Of a stretch of DNA of 56,026 nucleotides, positions 1 through 8,330 are shown one piece after another. The DNA is from a virus (taxonomy: Duplodnaviria; Caudoviricetes), in the IMG/VR virus record IMGVR_UViG_3300024275_000009, positions 1 through 56,026 of that record; one strand, written 5' to 3'. The notes under the pieces were generated by a model. The model saw only the letters and a program-made list of their open reading frames with translations. It searched no databases and was not told the DNA's origin. Position 1 is the first letter of the stretch. Each line of letters begins with the position of its first letter. The translations under genes were made by a program, and so were the position numbers.

Positions 1-156
1 GCTCGGGTGTGGGGTCGGTCCTTCGACTCCAATCCCTACTTCGCCCACTCGTACATGAACTTCAACTACGCCATGGCGTCGTCGCATTGGGACAAGGGCT
101 TTGTCGATGCGCACAACAAGCTGGCAACAATCAATCGGGGAGCCAAGAATGGCTGA
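1..156 (+). CDS. partial hypothetical protein (3' end), Rmf-like NPY...W..G pattern
   Basis: Frame 1 is open from the window edge to TGA at 154-156 (ARVWGRSFDSNPYFAHSY...HWDKGF). It overlaps the next ATG at 149. Confidence 0.45.
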   Translation, partial: ARVWGRSFDSNPYFAHSYMNFNYAMASSHWDKGFVDAHNKLATINRGAKNG

Positions 157-403
157 GTTCGCGGTGCCTGTGTCAACGGTGCGCATCCACTACGTTTGCG
201 ACCATTGCAAGATCGGTAAGATGCGCTTCACCGAAGTCTGCCTGTCGTCCATGCCCGAGCAGTACGGCCACAAGTGCGACAACAACGCGTGTGGTGCCAG
301 CGGCTACATGGACAAGATCTATCCGCGCATCGAGTATCGTGAGTTCAAGCCGCAGCCGACGCTATCGCCGCTGATCCAAATAGGGGCCAGCGATGGAGCC
401 TGA
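149..403 (+). CDS. small zinc-ribbon protein
   Basis: ATG at 149 follows GGGAG; CDHC...CDNNAC cysteine pairs. Confidence 0.6.
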   Translation: MAEFAVPVSTVRIHYVCDHCKIGKMRFTEVCLSSMPEQYGHKCDNNACGASGYMDKIYPRIEYREFKPQPTLSPLIQIGASDGA

Positions 404-530
404 TCCGGAAGTTATGCGTGCGTTGGAAGAAGCACAGCGTACGCAGGAGCAACTGGATGAATTGTGGAAATTGTTCGATTTGCTGGATTTTGTCGGTTCG
501 ATAGGTGACACACCGTTTTCCTGTTTTTAG
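393..530 (+). CDS. small hypothetical protein (45 aa, not in ORF track)
   Basis: ATG 393 to TAG 530 (MEPDPEVMRALEEAQRTQEQLDELWKLF...); overlaps the previous stop. Confidence 0.35.
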   Translation: MEPDPEVMRALEEAQRTQEQLDELWKLFDLLDFVGSIGDTPFSCF

Positions 531-597
531 CCTCGTCACGGCTACCCCAGGAGCTTAAAAACGGTACCCTATGACCGATGTTTGAGTGAGGAACTAC

Positions 598-792
598 ATG
601 GCTGAACGGGTGAAAGTGTTAGGTTGGGACGGCGATAACCTGCACATCGAATACGAAGACGGACGCGGTGCGGTGCTGTTCAACTGCAGGTTGCTGTCTA
701 TGGACGAGCCCGGGAACATGCACCCGGCTGGCGCCGAGCAGGAGATTAGTGTTACGTTGAAGTTCGACTTCGGCTTAAGCGGTCGTGGTTGA
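598..792 (+). CDS. hypothetical protein
   Basis: ATG at 598 follows GAGGA; ends just before a bidirectional terminator. Confidence 0.6.
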   Translation: MAERVKVLGWDGDNLHIEYEDGRGAVLFNCRLLSMDEPGNMHPAGAEQEISVTLKFDFGLSGRG

Positions 793-840
793 AAAGAAAA
801 AGGCCCGTACGATTCGATTAAGATTCGTACGGGCCTTTTC
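792..840. terminator. bidirectional intrinsic terminator between convergent genes
   Basis: AAAAGGCCCGTACGA...TCGTACGGGCCTTTT inverted repeat with A/T tracts on both sides. Confidence 0.85.
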
Positions 841-855
841 CATTGCAGCTGTTTG

Positions 856-1236
856 TTACTTCACACGAGCAGCCATCGCTTCGACGATATTCGAAGCCTT
901 CGTCGGCTTCTTTTTCTTCGGCTCGGGATTCGCCGGCGCCTTTGCCTTGTGCGGTTTGCTCAGCTTCGGCTTCGGCATGTGCTTGGCCTTGGCGGCTTGC
1001 AACTTGCGTGCGGCGTCGACCAGGTTCTTGCACGTCTGCACAACCGGCACGTCCGCTTCCCACTTCGCGGGCTTTTCCTTCTTGGCACCCGGGGTCGGCA
1101 CGTACTCGACGGCATCGCTTTGAACCACCGGCACGTCGGCCTTCCAGCCAGCCGGCTTCACTTTCTTCGCGCCGGGCGTCGGTTCGTACGTGACCTTATC
1201 GCCGGCCGCCAGGCGTTGCATTGCTTGGAGTTTCAT
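856..1236 (-). CDS. basic Lys/Pro-rich protein with N-terminal KLxAxxRLxA tag; putative internal head protein
   Basis: Starts MKLQAMQRLAA; has a 2 x 28-aa-period internal repeat. Confidence 0.7.
   Translation of the reverse strand: MKLQAMQRLAAGDKVTYEPTPGAKKVKPAGWKADVPVVQSDAVEYVPTPGAKKEKPAKWEADVPVVQTCKNLVDAARKLQAAKAKHMPKPKLSKPHKAKAPANPEPKKKKPTKASNIVEAMAARVK
1036..1188 (-). repeat. intragenic tandem duplication (84-nt period)
   Basis: YEPTPGAKKVKPAGWKADVPVVQ / YVPTPGAKKEKPAKWEADVPVVQ. Confidence 0.85.
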
Positions 1237-1625
1237 GACTCATCCTTGAGGTGATCGAGTAGCGCTTTGTTCTCTTTGAGGATCTTGGAGATGCCAGGAT
1301 TCAACTCGCTGGGCTTTCCCGTTCGATCCATGCCGGACATCCCTTCCAGAGACACGGTAAACATACCGAGCTCTTCCTGGCCTTCCGGGTCGATGTGCAT
1401 GGACGGCAGCACGTAGATGTCCACACGCACGCCGTCATCGTTCGGGTGCGCCTGCACCTCAACCGTGCGATTGTCGATAGACGGGTAACCACCGTCAGTC
1501 GAGAACGTGTAGCCGTAGCGGGAACCCCAGCGCTTCAGTCGGTCGGCCATCAACTTCTGATTGCCTTTCGACATCTGCTTGGCCGCGGTCAGCTTGAGGC
1601 GCGTGGCGGCTTCCAGCTTTACCAT
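1233..1625 (-). CDS. hypothetical protein with N-terminal tag
   Basis: MVKLEAATRLKLTAA; AAGGAG RBS; ATGA overlap with the next gene. Confidence 0.75.
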   Translation of the reverse strand: MVKLEAATRLKLTAAKQMSKGNQKLMADRLKRWGSRYGYTFSTDGGYPSIDNRTVEVQAHPNDDGVRVDIYVLPSMHIDPEGQEELGMFTVSLEGMSGMDRTGKPSELNPGISKILKENKALLDHLKDES

Positions 1626-1673
1626 AGTCGTTTCTCCTTTAACGGGGCCTGTGCAAGCGCCCCTACGACCTGG

Positions 1674-2438
1674 TTAGGCCAGCGTGCCGTTGTTGACCAT
1701 GTCCACGATGTCCTGCATGTACTCCGGCGCCCACGAGAACAGCTTGCGGTAGTACTCGATCTGCTGCGACTTGTCTTCGCGGCTGATACCCGCTTCGACG
1801 ATCTTGCGGTTGACCGACTTCGGCACCGGCACGCGCGCCATGAAGGTGACCATGCCGTAGTCGACTGCCATCGGCGCCTGCGTCGTGTGCGACATGACAC
1901 GCACTGCGTCGTCACGCGTACCGATTGCAAAGCCGTAGTCCATGTCGCCGGCCGGGTTCACGAATGCGACCAGCTCGTGCTTCGCGGCCTTGGCCATCGC
2001 CAGCATGCGAATGCCGGGGATGTCAGCACGGCGATGCACCGACGCCTGCACCAGCTCCGACAGATCTTCCATCGCGTGGCGCGTCAGATACTTGCCGGCG
2101 GCGCCTTCGTGGATTTCCCACGTCGAGCGGTCGTTGTTGTCCATCATGATGTTCGAGCCGAGCGCCTTGTACGAGGCACGCAGTTGCTTCTCGTCGATCA
2201 CGCGCACTTCGCGGTTGGCGCGCAGGTAACCGACGGCGATGCCGGCCTTGACCACGCGGAAGCTGTTCTCGATCGGTGCAGCCTGGTGGTCCAGCTTCGC
2301 TTCCAGCGCCTCGCGGATCGTGTCCTTGTTGTGGCTGCCAGTGAACGAGATGATGACCTTGGCGATGGTCGGCGTTTGCATCGTGAAGTCCGTGATAGCC
2401 ACGGTCGATGCGCTGATCTTCTTGAGATTCAGATCCAT
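1674..2438 (-). CDS. putative virion structural protein
   Basis: Start reassigned to ATG 2438 (AAGGAAGG RBS); phage-like codon usage; lies in the structural cluster. Confidence 0.65.
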   Translation of the reverse strand: MDLNLKKISASTVAITDFTMQTPTIAKVIISFTGSHNKDTIREALEAKLDHQAAPIENSFRVVKAGIAVGYLRANREVRVIDEKQLRASYKALGSNIMMDNNDRSTWEIHEGAAGKYLTRHAMEDLSELVQASVHRRADIPGIRMLAMAKAAKHELVAFVNPAGDMDYGFAIGTRDDAVRVMSHTTQAPMAVDYGMVTFMARVPVPKSVNRKIVEAGISREDKSQQIEYYRKLFSWAPEYMQDIVDMVNNGTLA

Positions 2439-2502
2439 GATACCTTCCTTTGTGAAGATTGATGTAGCGATTGTGAACCTCCCGGGATGCAAACCCCGGT
2501 GG

Positions 2503-2829
2503 CTAGTACAACGCGAAGGTGTCGACCTCATCAGGAGGCAGATCGCCCTCGCCGGTCAAAGGCAGCGCAACCAGTGGTCGCGTTTGCCCTGCATACTGAT
2601 GCTTGCTGTCACTACAATACTGAATGTTGCCATCCACGATGAAGTAGTGACACAGACCCGGCATGTTGATCGATGGGCCAAACGTCGGCTTGAACGGGTT
2701 GCCGTTATACGTCCATTTAGCTGAGCAGTGATTCGGCTCCTCTACGTGGATGAGGTGAAACTGCTCACACCCTTCGCAGTAGTGGACGAGAGCCGGCCCC
2801 CACTTTGCCAAGATTGGGGAAAGGATCAC
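2503..2829 (-). CDS. DUF6527-like Cys/His protein
   Basis: YCEGC..H...WTYNG...PTFGPSI...CHYFIVDG.IQYC.D..H..AGQT pattern. The start is uncertain (GTG 2829 or ATG 2859/2877). Confidence 0.6.
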   Translation of the reverse strand: MILSPILAKWGPALVHYCEGCEQFHLIHVEEPNHCSAKWTYNGNPFKPTFGPSINMPGLCHYFIVDGNIQYCSDSKHQYAGQTRPLVALPLTGEGDLPPDEVDTFALY

Positions 2830-3925
2830 GGCTCTGCGGCGCTGGACTGCGTTGTTCATCCATGCCTGCGTGGTCATTCGCGTACTCCTCGACTGATGCG
2901 TCCCACGCTTCGTCCGGGATGTTGCCTTCGGACGCGTAGGTGCTGAACATGTCGACCACGGCCTGAATCATTTGCTCGTCATCAGGTTCGTCCGCGGCAA
3001 CGATCAACGCTGCATGACGTCTGCGGTTACGATTATGATTACGGTGAAAATGCGAGTCGTGGTTGTCGTCTTCATCGTCCTCGTCCTCATCATCCCAGTC
3101 GTCGGCATCGTCCTCGCGTTCATCATACTTCGACTCCCACTCCTTCTTCGTCTCGGAGATCCAGGTGTTGCGATCTTTCCAGTAGCCGTAAGGACTGATG
3201 CCTTTGTTGCCGGACGCCTTCCACGCAGCCGAGGACACATGCTTGACCTCTGACTCATCCTGTTCGGGACCTTGCGTTTTGAGACGCTTGATACCCTGCT
3301 TGACCAGGTTGCCCAAGGCCGGTTTGGCGATATGCTTCAACGCCATGAAGGTCAGGAAGCCAGCCGGACCAGACACACCCAGCGCACCCGCAAGCGCCGC
3401 CGAACCGAGAACGGTCAGGCCGATCTTGCGCATGTTCTTCCAGTCACTCTTCGAACCCTTATCCTGGAGGATGTTGGGAATCGACGTGAGGGCATGCGCC
3501 AGCTGCTTGTTGTCCTTGTAGACGTTCTTGGCGATAGCCTTCGACCGCTTCTTCAGCGTCTTGCCAAGAGCCTTGCGCGACTTGGAGCCAGCCGCGGTGT
3601 CACCTGACTTGATGAACTGCTGACCCTTCGCCGGCAGCTTATGAATCGCCTGCTTCGCTTTCGGCGTGCCACCCGGATTAGCTGGCGGCTGTTTCTTGAC
3701 CTGCTGCACCTGTCGTTTCTGTTGCGGCTTCTGCTGCGGCGATTGGTTGGTCGGCGCAACCTGCGTTCCTGGTTTGGTAGCAGGTACGTTACCTTTGCGC
3801 TTCCACCCCTTGGCATACTTCGACTCAGGGTGTTCCTTGACGTACTGCTCCTTCATGTCGTCGGTCAGCGCATCGAACCATTCACCGTCAGCAAGAAGCA
3901 GCCGCTTAGCCGCTTCGAGCTTCAT
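2765..3925 (-). CDS. tagged putative internal/ejection protein with a hydrophobic helix pair
   Basis: True start is MKLEAAKRLLLA at 3925. Contains basic Q/K/P stretches, hydrophobic IGLTVLGSAALAGALGVSGPAGFLTFMAL and an acidic tract. Confidence 0.7.
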   Translation of the reverse strand: MKLEAAKRLLLADGEWFDALTDDMKEQYVKEHPESKYAKGWKRKGNVPATKPGTQVAPTNQSPQQKPQQKRQVQQVKKQPPANPGGTPKAKQAIHKLPAKGQQFIKSGDTAAGSKSRKALGKTLKKRSKAIAKNVYKDNKQLAHALTSIPNILQDKGSKSDWKNMRKIGLTVLGSAALAGALGVSGPAGFLTFMALKHIAKPALGNLVKQGIKRLKTQGPEQDESEVKHVSSAAWKASGNKGISPYGYWKDRNTWISETKKEWESKYDEREDDADDWDDEDEDDEDDNHDSHFHRNHNRNRRRHAALIVAADEPDDEQMIQAVVDMFSTYASEGNIPDEAWDASVEEYANDHAGMDEQRSPAPQSRDPFPNLGKVGAGSRPLLRRV

Positions 3926-3939
3926 GGTTTGCCTTTTAC

Positions 3940-4446
3940 TTAAACGTCGTCGGTCCAGTCGTAACGGAACGTGACCTGCGGTTGCACCGTGTTCGATGCG
4001 CCACCGTCCATGTTCACTTCGCCATACGTTTCCGGCCACAGGCCATAGACGTTGATGGTACGCATCACCTGCGGGATGTCGTTGTACACGACCATCTGCG
4101 CATTGACCTTGTAGACCGAAGACACGCTACCCGTGTTGTTCTTCCACGAGCGAATCGACTCACGCCATTTGCGAATCTTGGAACGCGTCGACCAGTCGCT
4201 CGTCTCCAGGAACTGAACGTTGGTTTGGTGCGTGTAGATCGCGCGGCCGGCGAAGTTGAGGACCACACCGTGCAGCGGCACTTCCACGTTGTCCAAGCCG
4301 AAGCCCGGCAGGTCCATGGTCATGCACTTGAACGTGAGGTCACGAGTGTCAGACGAACCCGGAATGGTCGGCAGGAACAAGTCGAAGTTCCACGACTGCG
4401 CCGGGTCGCCTACACTCTGAACGTCAAACAGGCTGGAACGAGCCAT
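3940..4446 (-). CDS. tail tube protein (T4 gp19-like)
   Basis: 168 aa, downstream of the sheath; DLPG...FAGR...GLWP...VTFRYD pattern typical of contractile tail tubes. Confidence 0.85.
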   Translation of the reverse strand: MARSSLFDVQSVGDPAQSWNFDLFLPTIPGSSDTRDLTFKCMTMDLPGFGLDNVEVPLHGVVLNFAGRAIYTHQTNVQFLETSDWSTRSKIRKWRESIRSWKNNTGSVSSVYKVNAQMVVYNDIPQVMRTINVYGLWPETYGEVNMDGGASNTVQPQVTFRYDWTDDV

Positions 4447-4474
4447 GTTGATACTCCTGAGTTATGTTGCTGAA

Positions 4475-4693
4475 TCACATCATGCCGTTCGGCACGGGAT
4501 TCTGGATGTTCGTCAGCGAGGGACTTGCGTCCGCGCTTTCTTCGGTTACATCCATGTCGTCCGTGCCTTGTTCGTTGCTGGTGTCGCGCACGGCATCTTC
4601 GATTGCATCTGCCCCATAGGACGCCGACTCGCGCTTGGCCGATGCAATCAGACGTGCCGCAGCGTTCAGCTTGAATCGTTGTTTCTGGCTCAT
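4475..4693 (-). CDS. small acidic protein with tag, between sheath and tube genes
   Basis: ATG 4693 after GGAGAG; MSQKQRFKLNAAARLIAS. Confidence 0.65.
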   Translation of the reverse strand: MSQKQRFKLNAAARLIASAKRESASYGADAIEDAVRDTSNEQGTDDMDVTEESADASPSLTNIQNPVPNGMM

Positions 4694-4745
4694 TGCTCTC
4701 TCCGTTAATGGGTCAGCCGTTTTCACAGCCGACCCGTGCCGTTGA

Positions 4746-6692
4746 TTACTGCGTGGTACCGGCGACTTGCGACAGCACTTCCGTGAAGGACACGCCTTGC
4801 TTGGAAATCACCACCTGCAAATCGATCTCGTGGATCGGGATCTGCGGGACGATGATAACCGTCACGGTGCGGATGCCGCTGTTGAACTGCGCTGCGGTGT
4901 TGTTGCGCGAATCGGACACCACGTCGAAGCTCGAGATACCGCGGGCGTTCTGCACCAGCTGCAGATACGCCGAGCACGACCCCACGATCTGACGACCAGT
5001 GAAGTCGTCGTTCGGCTCTTGCAAGCTGAAGATCAGGAAGTTATACAGCGACACCTTAATGACGTTGACGATACGACGCACCGACAACCAGGACAGCGCC
5101 GACTGCTGGGCAGCCAACGTCTGTTGCTCCCACAGCGCGATACCTTGACCAACGAAGGTACGCGTGTAGTTGACCTGAGCCTTGAACAGGTTGGTCGACT
5201 GGCCGTCGTCATACGTGTGGCGCGTCTTCAACACCGGCACCAGGCCGCGGTTCAAACCAGCCGGCGAGAACGCGGGGTTCGCCACACGGTCGGTACGCGC
5301 ACACAGCGCTGCAGCCCAGCCCGAGAACGGCACGTACTGCTGCTTGCCGTTGATGTTGTCGCTCTCCAACACGTCCGGACAGAACAGTGCCGAGTACGTC
5401 GAGTTGAGGTTCAGCTCCAGGTTGCGATAGTCGATAGCCGCCTGGAATTGCTGCGACGCCGACGGCACGTCCAACAGGCCGACTGCGTCACCGCGTTGCT
5501 GCGCCAACGTGTCCATCGCCAACTGCACGTTCGGATCGCTGTGGCCCGAGTTCAGCAGCAGGTTGACGCCATACAGCTGCTTGTTCGAGAACTGCGCCCA
5601 TGCAGCCGCAATGTCGAACGACGTCGGAGCCGCACCCGAATCACCACCGTCCATTGCCGTCTGTGCCGCGTTACCAATCGTCGGCAGAGCACCAACGATG
5701 GCCGGGACATTCGACGTCACCTGAATGTATTGCGAGAACGGGTTGATGCGCTGCTCAAGCTCGGCTTCCAGGCCCGACGAGTCGGTGAAGTCCATCAACG
5801 TGCACTGGAACGGTTCGACCACCGCCGACTTCGATTGCGACAGGTCGTACACGTTGACCGTGAACAGCGGCGAGGCCGGGGGCAGATTAGCCGGCGACGT
5901 AATCGGCAGCTTGGTCGTATCCACCGTAACACCACCCGTGTCCACGAAGGACGAGGTGCCAGCGCCAACCTGTGCGATCAACCCGACGTTTGCACCCGTG
6001 CGGCCGTAAACCTTGTAGCCGATTGCGTTCGGATCCAGCGTCCACGCAATGGTATTCGCATTGGTCGTGCCTGCACCAGCGATAACCACCTGCACTGCAG
6101 ACGACACCAACGTCTCGCTGCCGCCCGGGCCGATACTCGCCACCTGGTAGGCATATGTAGCCGCCGGCAGGATACCACCGGTTGCAGCCGAGTTCACGGT
6201 CACACCCGTCGGCGTTGCCGCGTTGGTCGACTGAATCGAGATCGCCGTCTGATCGGCGTAAGAGCCGGGGCCCTTGTTACCGTAGAACAGCGCGATTGCC
6301 GTGTGACCAGACGGCGTAATCGTTTCCCAGTCGGGCAGCGTCGGGTCGACCACCCCTGCGCTGATCGGCGTCAGATGTGCAGCACCCGCGTTGTCCACCG
6401 ACAGCAGCACCGCGGAATACAGCGCGCCAGCGCCGACTACACGAAGACCCCAGAGGTCATTACCCTCGTTGAAGTAGTCGAGACCGCAGTAGACATCGAA
6501 CGACACCTGCGCGTTCGGGTTGCCGTACATGGCCTTGTAGTCGTCTGCGTTGGTGAAGTGCAACGGGCCCGTCTGGCCTTGCGTCGAGACAATGGTCTGT
6601 CCGACGACTGCCGACGAAGCCGAGGTAATCACCTGCGACAGATTGATTTCCTGGATGCGAACGTCAGATGCCTGTTGTTGAAGGATCGACAT
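4746..6692 (-). CDS. contractile tail sheath protein
   Basis: 648 aa; C-terminal PFSGWAAA...SPAGLNRG...LSVRRI...EPND...I.PQIPIHEI motifs of the sheath family. Confidence 0.92.
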   Translation of the reverse strand: MSILQQQASDVRIQEINLSQVITSASSAVVGQTIVSTQGQTGPLHFTNADDYKAMYGNPNAQVSFDVYCGLDYFNEGNDLWGLRVVGAGALYSAVLLSVDNAGAAHLTPISAGVVDPTLPDWETITPSGHTAIALFYGNKGPGSYADQTAISIQSTNAATPTGVTVNSAATGGILPAATYAYQVASIGPGGSETLVSSAVQVVIAGAGTTNANTIAWTLDPNAIGYKVYGRTGANVGLIAQVGAGTSSFVDTGGVTVDTTKLPITSPANLPPASPLFTVNVYDLSQSKSAVVEPFQCTLMDFTDSSGLEAELEQRINPFSQYIQVTSNVPAIVGALPTIGNAAQTAMDGGDSGAAPTSFDIAAAWAQFSNKQLYGVNLLLNSGHSDPNVQLAMDTLAQQRGDAVGLLDVPSASQQFQAAIDYRNLELNLNSTYSALFCPDVLESDNINGKQQYVPFSGWAAALCARTDRVANPAFSPAGLNRGLVPVLKTRHTYDDGQSTNLFKAQVNYTRTFVGQGIALWEQQTLAAQQSALSWLSVRRIVNVIKVSLYNFLIFSLQEPNDDFTGRQIVGSCSAYLQLVQNARGISSFDVVSDSRNNTAAQFNSGIRTVTVIIVPQIPIHEIDLQVVISKQGVSFTEVLSQVAGTTQ

Positions 6693-7012
6693 TACTTATC
6701 CCCTTTATCCTGCGTTGCCTGCGGAGCAGTAGCGCTCGTTTCGGCTGTGACGGTCGGGGCCGTGGTTTGTGTGGCTTCCGACACTGCAGGTGCCGGTTGC
6801 GTGTTTTGATTCTCCGTCGGGTCGACAAACTTGATGCCGCCACCATTCAGCGCCAACCAGTTGCGGTCGATGGTATAGCCATCCGGCACATTGACCTTGC
6901 CGGGGCCCATCACACGCGTCGATCCCTTCGCTCCGTCCGCTACGCGAACGATGCCGACTTGCTTAGGCGTACGCCACGCATTGACGACATAGGGCTTCTT
7001 GAGATCCAACAT
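6692..7012 (-). CDS. hypothetical protein (tail operon)
   Basis: Coupled to the sheath start; AGGAGG RBS; T/A/P-rich tail. Confidence 0.65.
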   Translation of the reverse strand: MLDLKKPYVVNAWRTPKQVGIVRVADGAKGSTRVMGPGKVNVPDGYTIDRNWLALNGGGIKFVDPTENQNTQPAPAVSEATQTTAPTVTAETSATAPQATQDKGDK

Positions 7013-7025
7013 TGAAACCTCCTAC

Positions 7026-7685
7026 TTACGATTTCTCCGGGAACGGGAAGAACTGCGAGCCTGCCACGTTGGCATTGACTCCTGTGATCTGCGACACTAC
7101 ATCGAGATGGTTGATCTTACCAATCTCTTGAATCTCGGGTTCGGACACGTAACCGCGAATCGACGCATTGGTTGTGATCTTGTAGACCGCTTCCTGCTCC
7201 GTCTTGTTTTCGCCAGCTGGCACCTGTACCGAATCACCAAGCTCTACGTTGATACCGAACTGCACTCGGCCGTAGTTCACCTTGAACTTCATGAAGCCCG
7301 AGCGCCGCGCCATCGGCCAGCGCCGCAGGAAGGAACGTACCGATCCCGGATACACACCATCAAACTGGTTGGTGATATACGTGACCGTTATATCGAAAGT
7401 CGTCGGCACGAACTTCGCCCGTAACAACTTGTCGTCCCTGACCGCAATGTCGAAGCCGCGCCGCGCCATGTAGTTCGTACTGAACGTTTCAGGTGTGTTC
7501 GAGGTCGTATCGATCTTGAACCACGCATACGGATACTCGATGTCCTTGCCATCGAACAAGCGATTCAACACCTTCGTCTCGTCGTTGTCCTGGATGAACG
7601 CACACATCTTGCAACCGAACACCTGTTGAAAGCGTTTGTTCCAGCCTTCGAAAATGAAGTCATCGACGGGCTGCAGCATCGTCAT
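7026..7685 (-). CDS. putative tail terminator/completion protein
   Basis: Lies between head genes and sheath; VPTTFDITVTYIT resembles a gp15-like strand. Function inferred from position. Confidence 0.5.
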   Translation of the reverse strand: MTMLQPVDDFIFEGWNKRFQQVFGCKMCAFIQDNDETKVLNRLFDGKDIEYPYAWFKIDTTSNTPETFSTNYMARRGFDIAVRDDKLLRAKFVPTTFDITVTYITNQFDGVYPGSVRSFLRRWPMARRSGFMKFKVNYGRVQFGINVELGDSVQVPAGENKTEQEAVYKITTNASIRGYVSEPEIQEIGKINHLDVVSQITGVNANVAGSQFFPFPEKS

Positions 7686-7702
7686 CGCTAACTCCTGAAG
7701 TA

Positions 7703-7744
7703 CAAAAAGAAAAAGGCCCGGCGGGATGTACCGGCGGGCCTTTT
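7703..7744 (-). terminator. intrinsic terminator after the capsid operon
   Basis: AAAAGGCCCG...CGGGCCTTTT stem followed by a long U tract on the - strand. Confidence 0.85.
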
Positions 7745-7778
7745 AGGGTCGCAGTGCTAACAGGTAGTTAACGCGCGC

Positions 7779-8273
7779 TTACTTCTTCGCAGCCGGCGTC
7801 GAACGCTGCTTGCGCATTGCTGCGAGCAACGCGGCGAATGTTTCATCGCCCTCGTCTTCTTCCGACTCGTCGTCGCCTTCATCGCCGTCTTCGTCCTCGT
7901 CCTCGGCGTCGTCTTCGGCAGCGTTGGTTTCCGTCGAGGCTTCGAGATCTTCATCGCCGCCCATCAGGTCATCCATCGAACCTTCGTCGAGGCCGTCGTC
8001 GATCTCGTCGTCGCCCATGTCGCCGTCAGCGTCGGCCTTGACAGCCTTCTTCGCCGTTGCCGGCTTCTTCGCAGCCTGTGCTGCGGCCGCGCGCGCTGCT
8101 TGCGCCTTGAACACTTGCTTGTTCGATGCTTCGAGGATCTGGATCGCGGTCACGCAATCGGGTTCTTCGAGAGCGGCTTGCAGGAGTGCAGCCGAACGTT
8201 CGAAGTTGCCCTTCTTGCCTTGGCTCAGTGCCAGCGCGACGAAGTCCAGAGCACGGTTATGCGCCTTCATCAT
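7779..8273 (-). CDS. acidic low-complexity head protein (scaffold/core-like)
   Basis: ATG 8273 with CAGGAG RBS; D/E-rich; several [VIL]xA sites; immediately after the capsid gene. Confidence 0.65.
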   Translation of the reverse strand: MMKAHNRALDFVALALSQGKKGNFERSAALLQAALEEPDCVTAIQILEASNKQVFKAQAARAAAAQAAKKPATAKKAVKADADGDMGDDEIDDGLDEGSMDDLMGGDEDLEASTETNAAEDDAEDEDEDGDEGDDESEEDEGDETFAALLAAMRKQRSTPAAKK

Positions 8274-8330
8274 GTGATTCTCCTGGATGTTTGAGAGGGT
8301 GTTGCCTTGCAACAACACCCATCGTCGCGA

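Noticed and set aside
345-539. 64-aa - strand ORF
   Set aside because: It is antisense to a run of + strand genes and has no supporting signals.
3926-4039. N-terminal extensions given by the ORF track (2765..4039, 1674..2531, 12427..13452, 32596..33069 and others)
   Set aside because: They overlap upstream genes. Downstream ATGs have proper RBSs and, in several cases, place the tag at the N-terminus.
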